From contig NIVC01002214.1 of the NCBI GenBank assembly GCA_002269645.1, forward strand, positions 8,016 to 72,015: DNA of 64,000 nt. The letters are read 5' to 3'. Of this stretch, positions 35,101 through 48,280 are shown piece by piece. The notes beneath the pieces were generated by a model. That model saw only the letters and a list, made by a program, of their open reading frames with translations, had not been told where the DNA came from and made no database searches. Each line of letters starts with the position of its first letter. Positions within the stretch are counted from its first letter, which is position 1. Source of the stretch: Macrostomum lignano. Its lineage: Eukaryota. The position numbers and the translations under genes were made by a program.

Positions 35101-36390
35101 AATTTCAAGGCTGTTTTTTTCTGCCGTGTCCGAAAAAGTTTTCCGTATGCACTTCAGCTGCGCAGTTTCATAGTTGGATGAAACCAGCGTGTAAAACAAA
35201 TTCAGGGACAAAACACAAGGTGAATTCATCACAGCTTGAACTTAATTTAAAATTACATGTAATTTGTGGAATTATTTCGGACTTGAAATACTCCCATTCA
35301 CGAAATTTAACATGCATTTATACCACTAGAGGCTCGGTGGGCATCATAGGGGAGCCAACAGGGGGCGCCATCAGGGGCGCCATCAGGTGGAGCCGCACCA
35401 ATAATGGGGCGCTAGCAGTAACCGAGCATAACGAGCATAACGAGCCTACCAAATACAGGCTTGAGGCACTTTAGGATAATGAAATCTATAGTTTTATTAC
35501 TTTAATTACTTTTACTTTTACAGATCTGGCGCAGCCAGGATTAGTTTTTTAGGCTGTCCTCAAGGCTAGTGAAATGACCGTTACTACAAGTGACGAATTA
35601 GAAAGAAAACAGCTGTATTTATAGCGCTTTTAACAATAAATTTTATTTTATTAAAATAAGTTATAACTAAAAATCGCAATTATGATGATATATCTAATAC
35701 AAAAATTTGAATCACAAAATATATAACATAGTTTTTTGTTTTAACTGGCAAGTTCTAATAATTCATTTTGACGATGACTAATTGATTCATACTTGAACTA
35801 TAAATTATCTGACTGAACAGTCACGGGAGTTAGTGATTACTGGAATTGGAATTTAATGGGTTTATCTCTATTTATTTGAATACCCTATTATCTTTTGGCA
35901 AACAGACAGCTCTACCAGAGTAACTTGTTTCGTACTTTAATCTTATTGAAAAAATACTTCTAAAATAAAAATTCAGCAAGAATGACAACTGTTGAAGTAA
36001 TGAAAGGCTTGGTAAGCACACTTGACATCTGCAAGTGCAAATTTGTTGCATTTTTTCCTCTTGTCATACGTAAATAAGCCAATATTTATACAGTCTTGGA
36101 CATTTAATAGATTAAAGTAGCTAGCTAACCTATTTAATTTTTTCAAGATTTTTTTACAATATTTTTGCATGCAAGAACTTTTTTGTCTTAAATACCATAT
36201 GCACATACATGCCCAACCCCCTGATTTACACTTTTTGACCAAAATGCAACTTGCCTATGAAAAAAACCTTAGCAAAATGAACATAATTTTGGGTAAATAC
36301 TATAGTCCATTTAATGCTTGAAGTTATGGCTATGCTAGAGAAAAACAGATGAAATTTCATTATTTATGCCAGACTTTCACCAGGCTTAAG

Positions 36391-36983
36391 CCATAGTCAA
36401 GATCATGTCATGGTATATGCTGGAATAAAAAGTCCCCTAAAAATCTATGCCACTTCATACTAAAACACATGCCAAGGTCCTAGGAACTTACGCCAGGTTT
36501 TCTAGGCTTTGTGACAAAAAATGACCTTTTTTGCATGTTATACATTTTTCTTCAAATAAATTATTTAACAAATGTGTGGGTTTTCAGTTAAAGTAAATTG
36601 GCTTACAGATAATGCCAAGAAAAATAAATTTTTTGTTTAAGTTTTTTTAGAAAATTACACGATAGTTTGCGTGGAATTTTAAATTTTTATAAATCACAAA
36701 TAGTTATAAACTCTCATCTTACAAATTTTACAGTTTTTTGATTTTATAATAAGATTATGAGGTTACAGCGTTATGCCAACAATTGTTAATATTAACTTTG
36801 GCATGAAGATTAGAGTTGGCATATGCTCCTTGGCATATTTACGCCATGGTATCATGCTAAAAAGTATGCCAAATATATTTTGCCTCCTTTTTTATGCCAA
36901 TTGTTTGGCAAAAAAAGTAAAATTTTCAATTGTACACTGGAAATTTCTGGCATAATGTAAAATGTACATCATCCTGACTATGG
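36391..36983. mobile_element. Non-autonomous TIR element, CCATAG-terminus family (593 bp)
   Basis: Ends CCATAGTCAAGATCATGT / ACATCATCCTGACTATGG; exact 8-bp TSD GGCTTAAG; interior rich in TGCCA/TGGCA motifs. Confidence 0.85.
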
Positions 36984-38259
36984 GGCTTAAGCACCAAATG
37001 CCAGGCAGATAAATGCCTAGACTAGGGGGGGGGGGTGCAGGGGAGTTTTTTATAGGCCTACAAACATTTTTCAATTTAAAAAAAGTTGAATGTTTCTATT
37101 TGTGTATTGTAATTAAAACATTTTAAACATAAGTATTAACCAGGATTGAATTTTTGTACAAAATCCAGGATGCATTCTGTGCGTGCTAACAAAAACTTGC
37201 GTACTTATGCGCATATTTCTAGCAAAGTTGCGCAACTTTAAAAAGCTTACCTGGGCAAAAGCTTAATATTCTAAGAAATCTTGCATTATACACTTTTGCA
37301 ACATGTATTGAGAAAAGAAAATTTTTAAGGAATATTTTGAATATTTTTATTTGTTAAAAATTACAAAAAAAGTTTTTTTGGCATAAAGTTTTAAGGTTAT
37401 AATAGTTTTTTAAATTATTCTTTATATTTTATGTTGATCTTGTTGCTTGTAGTGTATTTACTTTATTTGACCCTATCATGCATGCAGATATGCCATAGAT
37501 ATAAGCCAAATTTTTTGTATCTATTATGTCAAATTTTGACTATGTCATGCATGTTGGGATCCATTGTTCATTTCAATGCTTGGAGTTATGTCAGAAGAAA
37601 ACTTATTGAAATTTTATCATTTATGCCAGGCTTATATGCACCACATACTAGGCATAATGCCTAGACTAGGAGAGGGGGTGCAGGCAATTTGTATAAAGAT
37701 TTTTCATTTAAAAAAAGTTTAATGTTTCCATTTGTGTAGTATAATTAAAACTTTATAAACATATAAATATCAAAAGATAATAATGTAAAAGTTTATGCAT
37801 TATAGCACAATTTCTAGATTTTAAACTTTGTTTTACTTCTTACAAACATATATGCCCAACTTCAAAATTTCACTCATCCAGTGCAACTTAATTTTGTCCA
37901 GATTTGTGACTTAGTTCCTTCCAATTGTGACTTGTTTCTCTTGATTGCAACTTAGTTTCCCCAATTGCAACCTAATTTTTACTTTGTATGCAACTTAGTT
38001 CCTCTCAATCATACATGCCCAACACCCACCCAACCTATTTATTTATCTATTTTTCTATCAATTCTTATGCCAAGCATTTATGCCAAGGCTAATTTTTTCT
38101 AAAATTATTATGCCAAAGATTTCTGGCATAACTGTAAAAAATGGATTATAGGCTGGGATATATATTGAAATATGCTAAAAATGGCAAGTACCCTTGTTGT
38201 ATACTAGGAAGTCCGAGATGTTGCCTTTCAAAGTATAGAATTGCAGAAGGTTTAATATA

Positions 38260-38533
38260 CATACATGCGCAACCCCCCTGATTTACACTGGCCATGCGAC
38301 TTACTTTTTGACCAAAAATGTGACTTACCTGTGAAAACCCTAAGGCAAATTAATGTAAAGTTTTGAGTAAATGGCAGGAATAACTATGACTGTCTTATTA
38401 GGCCTAAATGCCTCGGCATCTAATTAGTACTATGTCCATATTCTTTGGGGTGGCATTTTTGTGACTTACCCCTGGTACACCACAACTTATGGTGGCCAGA
38501 TTGGCCATGTCGGCCAGCAGTTGCGCATATATG
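38260..38533. mobile_element. MITE, CATACATGCGCAAC-TIR family (274 bp)
   Basis: 14-bp TIR with one mismatch; 8-bp TSD TTAATATA; homologous to 47748-48035 and 61161-61457. Confidence 0.88.
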
Positions 38534-38740
38534 TTAATATATGCCAGAAAATTCTGGCATACAAATGTTTTAGCTAGTATATAAATCGTATACAAAGAGG
38601 AAATACAATTTTCTGGCATAATCATCAGTTTAAAATTCTTAGGCCTATCTATACATGTTCAAGCTTGTGGTGCAACATGCAAAAGCATTGAAGTATATAT
38701 CATAATTGTATAAATTATGTCAAATAATCTTTTGCTATAG

Positions 38741-39182
38741 CCAAAGTCAGGAAGATTGCCTTTTCATAGAAATTTCGATATAAAAAAGAGTTAGATACAT
38801 ATTGTGCTGGCATATTCTGGCACAATAGCAGGCAAGGACAAAAAATCCAGTGTAATGCAAGACAAAAACTTTGGCAAGACAATATTTTTGTAAAGAGATA
38901 ATTTTTTATTAGGCCCTACACTTTTTTGTTCACCAGTGTATTGAGAGCTTTTTTAATTATAATATATTAACATTGCATTTTCTATGAAACAGATTCAAAA
39001 AAAGTTTTACCATATTTTTTTAAACAATAAAAAATACAGATTTTTGTTTTTGCATTAAAAAAACAGTTCTAGCATACAGTGCAAGCAGACTTGTTTGATA
39101 GGAATAGTTCTAGCGCATGGCACAAATAAACTTTTTTGATAGGATTTGTTCCAGTGCAGGCATACCATGATCTTGACTATGG
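38741..39182. mobile_element. Non-autonomous TIR element, CCATAG-terminus family (442 bp)
   Basis: Ends CCAAAGTCAGGAAG / ATCTTGACTATGG; exact 8-bp TSD TGCTATAG. Confidence 0.8.
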
Positions 39183-40136
39183 TGCTATAGTAAAGTTAAT
39201 TTAAAAATTGTGGCAATAAATTAGGTCTTTTAAGTAATATGTTAAACTTTTCTATAGTTACTAATGGACAATAAACCTAAATTAGTAATATATCTAACTA
39301 TTTTTTTTTACTATTTTTTTGTTTTTAAATGATATAGGTTTCAATTTTCTGCAGCAATTATTCATTGCATCTACTGCTTGTTGTATTTAGTTATATGCTT
39401 ATTAATCACATAATTTTTAGTGCTAGCTCGTATATAGTTTACTAGTAAACACTTAATCGGTATAATTTATTGGCATACACTTTACTAGATAGCCAAATAC
39501 TTTCCCACTTATATATAACAATATGGAATATAGATTGGGTATCAATTTTTTGTTTACTGGCAGTTCTTCTATTGAGGAGATAAAAGTTTTCTTTCTAAAA
39601 CTGCTAGGAAATAGGAGTAGGATGGGGAGCTGCAGCACTTTAATGATGTGAATAGAGAGGAGATTGTTAGGTAGCTCCCTATCCTACTCCTCATTCCCAT
39701 CCCATTTCCCAGCAGACTAACAATTCTAAGAGAAAAAGGCATTCTGTCTACTTAGCAGATCAACTGTCAGTAGACAAATGAACTGGAAACCCTTTCATCC
39801 ACCTTTGCAATTGCATTAGGGGCTAGGGGAGAGGTCTATAATACTAATAGCTATATTTGGACATAGGAAGAGGGGTAGAGTTGCATAGTATCAGTGTTAG
39901 GCTTAGTATCTCATTGTATTTACTATTTGTAATCCCTATGCTAGATCATATTAAATGTACACTTGAATATATGTGAGAACCAAATGCATATAATGTACCA
40001 AACAAAATGTATGCTATTAGAAAATTCTAGCATAAATTATGTCTTTTAGAGTGTGGTTTATATTTGTTTAAGTATGTTTTGGATGCAAGTCATTTTGTTT
40101 GAGCTCTAATCTCAGTTGGCTTATCTCCCATCTCAG

Positions 40137-43100
40137 GGCCCAGATGTGCGCACGATCAAGCTGAATGGCCATGTGGGCTTTGACAGCCTCCCTGACCAGC
40201 TGGTGAACAAGCATGTTGCCCAGGGCTTCAGCTTTAACATCATGTGCATCGGCGAGACGGGCCTCGGCAAGAGCACCCTGATAGAGACCCTGTTCAACCA
40301 GCGCTTCGAGTTCACGCCTTCCTCGCACGAGGTGCCTCAGGTTAAACTGAAGCCGCATACTTACGGTGAGCAGTGTTGGACTGCTAGCTTAATGTATATA
40401 AAGTATGAAAGTGAACTTTTTAATTTGTAAATTTTCAATGCTTCGTACAGACCTGAAGGAGGGCAGCGTGAAGCTGAAGCTCACCATCATTGAGACCAGT
40501 GGCTTTGGCGACCAGGTGAACAAGGAGGACAGCAGCAAGCCGATCATTGACTACATCAACCAGCAGTTTGAGAACTTCCTGCAGGAGGAGCTCAAGATCA
40601 AGCGATCGCTGCACACCTACCACGACACTAGGGTGCACGTCTGCCTGTACTTTATCGCGCCTACGGGTCACTCGTGAGTGCTTAACCGATTCCGTTCGTT
40701 TTTGACTCATGATATTTAGCAGTTTTTAGTAATACATATTTTACTACTCCTCTGTGTTTCGAACTTTTGAAGTTTCCAGTTAAAGTCTCTAAATTCACTC
40801 TTCTTCCAGTCTGAATCACAGATACTAGAACAACCAGATGGGCCACTCAACACATTTGCGTGTAAGCTACTTTCAGTTCAGTAGCAAGTTAAACGGAAGC
40901 ATTTTAATGTATTTTTAAAGTCAAGGCTCATTTATTGGCTCTTACCTCCAGCTTAAACCCTCCAACTGCGCCTTTCCACACTAACCCCCACCCCACCCCA
41001 ATTTTTATTGCCTTTCTCGGAATTCCAGCCTAAAGCTGCCATGTACATTTCAGTAAACTGGCCAATGTACATTATTGCTGAACCAATTAGCAAGTTGTTT
41101 ACGCCTGCAAGCTTGGGCTTCTAAACTTATCAAAGTCATTTCAGCTGCCTTTATTTTTATAAAATAGCTTATGTATTCTTCTTTGCTACTGAACTGAAAG
41201 TAGAAAGCTATTTTACTAAGTAAATGTGCCTGAGTGGCCCATCTAGTTATTTTAGTATCTGTAGGTCTGAATCTGCAATAAATTGGCAAACGGCAATATC
41301 AATATTCCTCAATTTTCATTTCCAGACTCAAGTCGATCGACATGGTCACAATGAAGAAGCTCGACAGTCGCGTCAACATCATTCCGGTAATCGCCAAGTC
41401 CGATACAATTACCAAGCCGGAGCTGCAGCGCTTCAAGACTAGAGTAAGTCGCGATTTCTCCTGTTTAGGCGAATTTTTTACTACAGTGTATTTTTCCGCC
41501 TTACTAACTGACTTTTCGATACATATCGGCAAAGATATTTTATCCATTTTTACTCGAGCTTGAGCTATAAAAGTCCAACTGTACCTGTTAGCAGTAGTGG
41601 GGAAGCAAATTTGTATTCCTCTTGACCGGTTTTTCGGTGGCTTTGCTCACCTTGCGGGTTTTCAAATGCAAATTTCTTCCCAAAATCGATTTTTTTATTT
41701 TTTTGATGCCAAATATCCCAAAATTGGATCGATTTCTTCCAGATCCAGAATGAGATCGCCAACAACGACATCCACATCTACCAGTTCCCCACCGATGACG
41801 AGACCGTCAGCGAGCAGAACTCAATTATGAAGGTGAGGATCGGCCAAAATGGGATAAAATAATACGGTTATTGAGCAAAAATCCCCGCTGAGAAGGTGGA
41901 ATCGAACCACTCCGACGCTAGTCGGCTACAGGTTTGAAGCCTGCACCCCGGACCACCGAAGCCGAAGGTCATCCCAGCAGGCACTGGGGCTGTCGGTGTG
42001 CCTATTTATACCCGGAGTGGGGCCGGCGAAGTTGCACCAGATGTGCACAGTGGCGCAGGCTGGCCGGCTCGGAATGCAAAGCAGATTAGTTATGGAATTG
42101 AGCAGTATGGAATTGTAGCGATTGGGAAATCTTTGAAGTTACGCTTATGACCTTAGATAGGGTTTCTTGGAGCTCTTGGAGAGCTAATTTTCTATTCTAC
42201 TACTAATGTTCATGCTTTATGAGCATGTGATTTATTATCAATGATCATCCTTAGAGATATGATTCTTATTTCTTAGCAAAAAAGTCAATTAGCTGAACCA
42301 TTATCAAGTTGATTTTTAATTCTCGACATTCAGTTTTGATTGGGACAGAAGCCAATTTCTAGTAGCGGTAATCCTGTTCAAGGATAAATCTAGCTGATCA
42401 GGGTCTGCGACAATTGAATTGCTGCAATTTGACTGCCACTAATCACCTAAACCCTAATTCCCATACTCATAACCTATTCCTCTCTAATTCCCACAGTAAG
42501 GAAACTCTAATTCCTTACTCTAACCTAAAACCCTAGGCCTAAACCCCAACTCCCACCCCTAACCTAAACCCTGATTCTCTAACCCTGATTGCTCCCAGCT
42601 GATCCGAGGCCGTTCCTTTAAACAGTAGCTCGTGTGAACAGGCCTATCAACAGGATTTACAAGCCTGTGACTGTGACTCAAAGCTAGTTGATTATATTAT
42701 CACCTCCTCCCCCCCCCCGCAGAACCTGGTGCCCTTCGCCGTGGTTGGCAGCTCAGACGAGATCACAGTGAACGGGCGCAAGAGCCGCGCCCGCCAGTAC
42801 CCGTGGGGCGCCGTCCTGGTTGACAGCGAAGCCCACTGCGACTTCGTCCGCCTGCGGGAGGCCATGCTCCGCGTCAACATGGACGACCTGCGCGAACGAA
42901 CCCACGCGATGCACTACGAGCACTACAGGAGGCAGCGCCTGGCCGAGATGGGCTTCAGCGACGAGGATAAACTCAGCCTGCAGGAGATGTACGAGAAACG
43001 GCGGGAGACCCACCAGGTGCTCACCTCAACCTGGATATTTTTATTGGATATTATTCTTGTGCCGTTTCTCCTCTTTAAGTTAGCTCTTTGCATGAAGATC

Positions 43101-44593
43101 CACGAGTCATTTCCCTCAGGACTGATTCAGTCCACTGCTCATTTCTCTCCGGGTGACTCAGTCAGCTGATCATTTCCCTCAGGACTGATTCAGTCAGCTG
43201 ATCATTTCCCTCAGGACTAATTCAGTCAGCTGATCATTTCCCCCAGGACTGATTCAGTCAGCTGATCATTTCCCTCAAGACTGATTCAGTCAGCTGATCA
43301 TTTCCCTCAGGACTGATTCAGTCAGCTGATCATTTCCCTCAGGACTGATTCAGTCAGCTGATCATTTACCTCAAGACTGATTCAGTCAGCTGATCATTTC
43401 CCTCAAGACTGATTCAGTCAGCTGATCATTTCCCTCAGGACTGATGCAGTCAGCTGATCATTTCCCTCAAGACTGATTCAGTCAGCTGATCATTTCCCTC
43501 AAGACTGATTCAGTCAGCTGATCATTTCCCTCAAGACTGATTCAGTCAGCTGATCATTTCCCTCAGGACTGATTCAGTCAGCTGATCATTTCCCTCAAGA
43601 CTGATTCAGTCAGCTGATCATTTCCCTCAGGACTGATGCAGTCAGCTGATCATTTCCCTCAAGACTGATTCAGTCAGCTGATCATTTCCCTCAAGACTGA
43701 TTCAGTCAGCTGATCATTTCCCTCAGGACTGATGCAGTCAGCTGATCATTTCCCTCAAGACTGATTCAGTCAGCTGATCATTTCCCTCAAGACTGATTCA
43801 GTCAGCTGATCATTTCCCTCAAGACTGATTCAGTCAGCTGATCATTTCCCTCAGGACTGATTCAGTCAGCTGATCATTTCCCTCAAGACTGATTCAGTCA
43901 GCTGATCATTTACCTCAAGACTGATTCAGTCAGCTGATCATTTCCCTCAGGACTGATTCAGTCAGCTAATCATTTCGCTCAGGACTGATTCAGTCAGCTG
44001 ATCATTTCCCTCAGGACTGATTCAGTCAGCTGATTGCATCACAGATTCAATGATTCGGTCACCTGATTGCATCACAGATTCAATGGTTCAGTCACCTGAT
44101 TGCATCACAGATTCAATGATTCAGTCAGCTGATTGCATCACAGATTCAATGGTTCAGTCACCTGATTGCATCACAGATTCAATGGTTCAGTCAGCTGATT
44201 GCACCACAGATTCAATGGTTCAGTCAGCTAATTGCACCACAGATTCAATGATTCAGCCCGTTTGGTCTGGTGCACTTTATTCCTGAATAATTAACCTGGT
44301 CATCATCAATCCCGCAGGCGGAGCTGCAGCGCAAGGAGGAGGAGATGCGCCAGATGTTCGTAGTGCGCGTCAAGGAGAAGGAGCAGGAGCTGAAGAAAGC
44401 CGAGGGCGACCTGCAGACGAAGTTCGAGGCAGTCAAGAAGCAGCACGCGGATGAGAAGCGCAAGCTGGAGGAGAAGCGGCAGGGCCTGGACGAGGAGATT
44501 GCGGAATTCCAGCGCCGGAAGACCGCGGCTGACAACCGGAACAACCTGGCGTCCGGCACGAGCTTCACGCTCAGCAAGTCCAAGAAGAAGTGA
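40137..44593 (+). CDS. SEPT6/11-like: Septin, SEPT6/8/10/11 group; first (ATG-containing) exon not identified
   Basis: Exons 40137-40365, 40451-40673, 41326-41443, 41743-41832, 42723-43016 and 44318-44593 (GT-AG, phases compatible). Motifs [14 protein letters not shown]1 GETGLGKS, G4 AKSD, septin unique element RQYPWG and coiled coil [15 protein letters not shown]. Confidence 0.95.
41877..41881 (-). terminator. Pol III T5 terminator of tRNA-Sec
   Basis: TTTTT on the minus strand, 4 nt after the discriminator base. Confidence 0.75.
41886..41978 (-). tRNA. trnU(SeC): tRNA-Sec (anticodon TCA) with a 6-nt CTTCGG duplication in the D arm; antisense within a septin intron
   Basis: Minus strand: GCTGGGATG AC CTTCGG CTTCGG TGGT CCGGGG T GCAGG CTTCAAA CCTGT A GCCGAC TAGC GTCGG A GTGG TTCGATT CCAC CTTCTCAGC G. 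This gives a 9-bp acceptor stem with the U:U pair, a 4-bp T stem, a long variable arm and a G discriminator, i.e. the eukaryotic 9/4 Sec fold. Confidence 0.92.
42004..42010 (-). promoter_or_regulatory. TATA box of the tRNA-Sec gene (external Pol III promoter)
   Basis: TATAAAT at -32 to -26 from the mature 5' end; octamer-like ATGCAAAG at 42074-42081. Confidence 0.7.
43106..44031. repeat. 32-bp palindrome-rich minisatellite (TCATTTCCCTCAGGACTGATTCAGTCAGCTGA), ~28 copies, in the last septin intron
   Basis: Period 32; CAGG/CAAG variants. Confidence 0.95.
44032..44257. repeat. 33-bp minisatellite (TGATTGCATCACAGATTCAATGGTTCAGTCACC), ~7 copies
   Basis: Period 33; shares TTCAGTCAGCTGAT with the adjacent 32-bp array. 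Confidence 0.9.
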
Positions 44594-45919
44594 GCAGCGG
44601 CTCAGCTGATGTGACACGGAAGTGGAGGCGATGATTTCTGTTTCCTAATAACTGCAGTGAATTGGGCGGGGCCGGTGCTTCAGCTCGAGAGACTGCTTAG
44701 CGTCATGATGAACAAAATGCCAGGCTAGTCACGGGCTCCGTATTTGCGAATCGCAGTGCCCTAAGCGTTTCGGCAACACCGTTTTATTTTACTGTCTGCA
44801 ATTTCTAATTTCCTTCTATCTGCTTTGCCGCAATCTGTTCTATATCTGCATAGCTTTTTGAGTTTTCCGAGAGTAGCGCACTCACTAATTTTCTGCGTAT
44901 GATTTGCTCTCATGCAGCTGTTATTTTACAGTTTTTATTCTGCTGTTTGCCATTTTAATGCCATTTAAATTTTGTTTCAACGCTTAGCAAAGCCGTATTC
45001 ATCTCACATTTATTCGAACAATTCGAATATTTCTATGTCAGCAGACTGGAAACTCCAGGCTTGTGTTGCTGACTACCGCAATTCGCTTCGCTCTGTTCTG
45101 CCCATAGTTATCGTCTTTGCAATGCGATTCTTTTTATTCTTTACAGTATTTTTCTGCATTGAACTTCCACGCTTAATGCACCCTGATGTAATCCGGTTTA
45201 TAACAAGTCTTATTGCTACTATTGTAACTATTGTAACCAATCAGCTTTATGTAGTCAACTTAGTCCACGCGATTTGGTTATTTAAAAGCAAACTGAAATC
45301 TGCATGCTATTTGCGAACGTTTTGATAAAACTTATTAAAAATAAAATTTGCTATGCGGTTCCGTGTACAATATCTACCGCGATGTTAAATCAACTCACAG
45401 CGAGAAAGTCTGGTTTCAGTATGCTTTTTGTTTTCGGTTTTAGAATTGTAACAAACAAAATCAACTTTGAGCTGATTTTTGTACATAGGATTTGTATATA
45501 GGAGGAATAGTAACTTTGGAAACAGACAGGAGCAAAGCACCAGGAAAAATCGCAGTGCAAGGACCTTTAATTTTGATCCGCTTTTCCCCTGTCTTAATAA
45601 TTGATTTCGAGACGTTAGAAGCGAAGGCAAATGAAACGTAACGCATATATATATATATATGCACTGTATGCGGCGTATGCCCTGTTGCCCTGTAGAAAGC
45701 TAAAAATGAGGTAATTAGTTTTCAGCTAACTTGAATTTTGCATCATTAAGAATGAATTTGAATGAATTCATTAATAAATTTGATATTTTTGAAGTTTTGC
45801 TGTGTGTACACCAGTTGAAACTTAATGTGCGCATCATTAACGATTAGAATGTAAATACAAGTATACATTTTTAGTTATTAAAACTCTAGCTCGCTTGAGA
45901 GTTACACATTACACTGGAG

Positions 45920-46180
45920 CAAGGACGACTTAAGTAGTAGAAGGACGGGAAACCTCGTTTCTTAGAAAATTTCAGAAGGCAGGTTTTCCCTTAAAAATAC
46001 GCTACGGAGATAGGAAGTTTTCATTTTTCCAGCACAAAAATCAAAAGCAATAACAATTTTTGTGCTGAAAAATGAAAACTTCCTATCTCCGTACTCCGTA
46101 GTGTATTTTTTCGGGAAAACTTGCCTTCTAAAATTTTCTAAGAAACGAGGTTTCCCGTCCTTCTACTTAAGTCATCCTTG
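45920..46180. mobile_element. Near-palindromic MITE, CAAGG-terminus family (261 bp)
   Basis: Two ~130-bp arms in inverted orientation; exact 8-bp TSD CACTGGAG; same family as 26721-27375. Confidence 0.9.
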
Positions 46181-46526
46181 CACTGGAGACGTTACCGAAC
46201 TAACGGACCCATCCAAATAATAAAGCTACGACTGAAAATTTCAATCCATTAGTTTACTATGATTCATTTCACTTGATAGTGCAACAAAAAGAGTTGAGTA
46301 ATATGTATCTGCAATTGTTTTTATTTGTAAGTTTTATCAGATTATCAGTTAACAGTTCCGCTCTTTGTAAAAAAAGAATAGAAACTTTGTTTTAGTGTCT
46401 GACATATCAACTTTAATTGACCATACTGAAAGTGATTATTTTAAAGTAAAAAAACAATAGCTTTTCTTAGGGCAATTTTGTGCTCTATGTGTCATCCATG
46501 GAGCTTGCGTCTGTACATACGTTAAC

Positions 46527-46717
46527 CAGGCGCCGCGGAACAGGGGGGGGGGGCAGCTGCCCCCCCCTGACATTGAGTTGGGGGGTATTGCCCCCCTCAA
46601 ATACCGTTCAACAGCATAATTTTGCTCAAATTTTTGGTCACTGTCCAAGACGGTCTGGGCTTGAGTTTCGGAAACTTGGTCCTGCCCCCCTGGCAAAAAC
46701 TCGTTCCGCGGCGCCTG
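46527..46717. mobile_element. hAT-like MITE (191 bp)
   Basis: Perfect 15-bp TIR CAGGCGCCGCGGAAC; exact 8-bp TSD ACGTTAAC. Confidence 0.92.
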
Positions 46718-47341
46718 ACGTTAACAAAAGTAGCACTAAACATGATCGTTTATTTTTGTCAAATTCTATTTCAATATTTCGTACTCAGTTCCAATTAACA
46801 GTTATATTTTTTATTAATAATTAGGCCTACCGACTAACCTTTCAAACGATAGCAAGGCTAGAGCTAGAGGTGGAGGCGGAGGCCTAACCTATTAAGCTCT
46901 ATTTCCTAGGCCTATTTCTATTTCTAGCCGTTTGATCATTTTCTAATTATTACACACCATGCACTTATTGCAGAAAAAATTGGAAAATCGGAAGTATTTT
47001 ATCAACATAAACTTAAAGAAGTCCCACTTATTTGGCTAGGCCTGCCTATTAAGCCTAGACTGGCAAGAGGGGCAACCATTAAGAAAAAGCCAAGGATGGC
47101 TAGGCCAAGGCATGTTAATTAGGCCTAGGCCCTAAGTATTAGGCCAGTATTGAATCTTTGCAATGAGCCATAAAACAAAAATTTGTGACCTATTTTCAGT
47201 GTACAAATTATTAATACATGAGATTTCTGTTTAAAAATAAAATTTAATTTTGTTTTTGTTTTCAATATTTTTACATTGAATACAATATATATAATATATA
47301 TATATAAATAATATTTATATTGTTAATATTAGAAAGCCTTG

Positions 47342-48161
47342 CCATAGTGTGGATCATGCTAAGTGCACGCGAGAAACGACCCAAAGCTAATTCCCAAAAG
47401 CACGCTGACGACAAGCGAATGCACGCCGATGCACGCCTACTAGGACAAATTCCACGCCTATTAGGACAACAATAAATTGAAATTCAAATTGAAGACAAAA
47501 AATGTATTTTGAATTGCATTGTATAAAACAAAGCAACAAACGATGTACAAAATAAATGATATATCTTTAAAAATGTGTATTTCACATCCATTAATTTATT
47601 TAACAGTCTTATACACTGTTTATTTACAATAGTTTTTTTCAAAAGTTAAATACAATAATATATATTTTATGTCTGCTTACTATTGCATTGGCAGCTTTGC
47701 CACATCAGGTGCCAGGCACGTGGCACGCGGCGCATGCCAGGCACACCCATACATGCGCAACCTCCAAAATTCGGTCGGCCATGCGACTTAGTTTTAACAA
47801 AAATGCGACGTAGTTTTTGGCCAAAAATGCGACTTACATGTAATAAAAACTGTAAAGCAAAATTAACGCAACTTTGGGTAAACGGCAGGAGTAACTATAA
47901 CTGTCTTATTAGGGCAAAATGGCTCGTCAGCTACTTAGTAATACTACTTAGGTTTTTTTGGGTGGGTATTTTTGCGACTTCCTTGATTGGCTGCCAAATC
48001 GGTCGGCCGACTCGGCCGACTGTTGCGCATGTATGGGCACACCAATGTATTTATGTAGTGTGCATTATGCATGCCACTTACCTAATTGCACGCTGGTGCA
48101 TGCCATTTTTGAAAATGCACGCAGGAAAATTCTCGTGTGCACTACATGATCTACACTATGG
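47342..48161. mobile_element. Non-autonomous TIR element with CCATAG termini (820 bp including a nested MITE)
   Basis: ~33-bp TIR CCATAGTGT(G/A)GATCATG...CGAGAA; exact 8-bp TSD AAGCCTTG. Confidence 0.88.
47748..48035. mobile_element. MITE, CATACATGCGCAAC-TIR family (288 bp), nested
   Basis: Perfect 14-bp TIR; exact 8-bp TSD GGCACACC. Confidence 0.92.
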
Positions 48162-48280
48162 AAGCCTTGGACTTGGCTTAGGCCTTGGCTATAAAAATTA
48201 ATAATTTCTATAATTTAAAAGTAAAATAATGCTTCAATTCTAATTAAAAAAGTAATATATCAGGATGGTCTTCAAGACAT

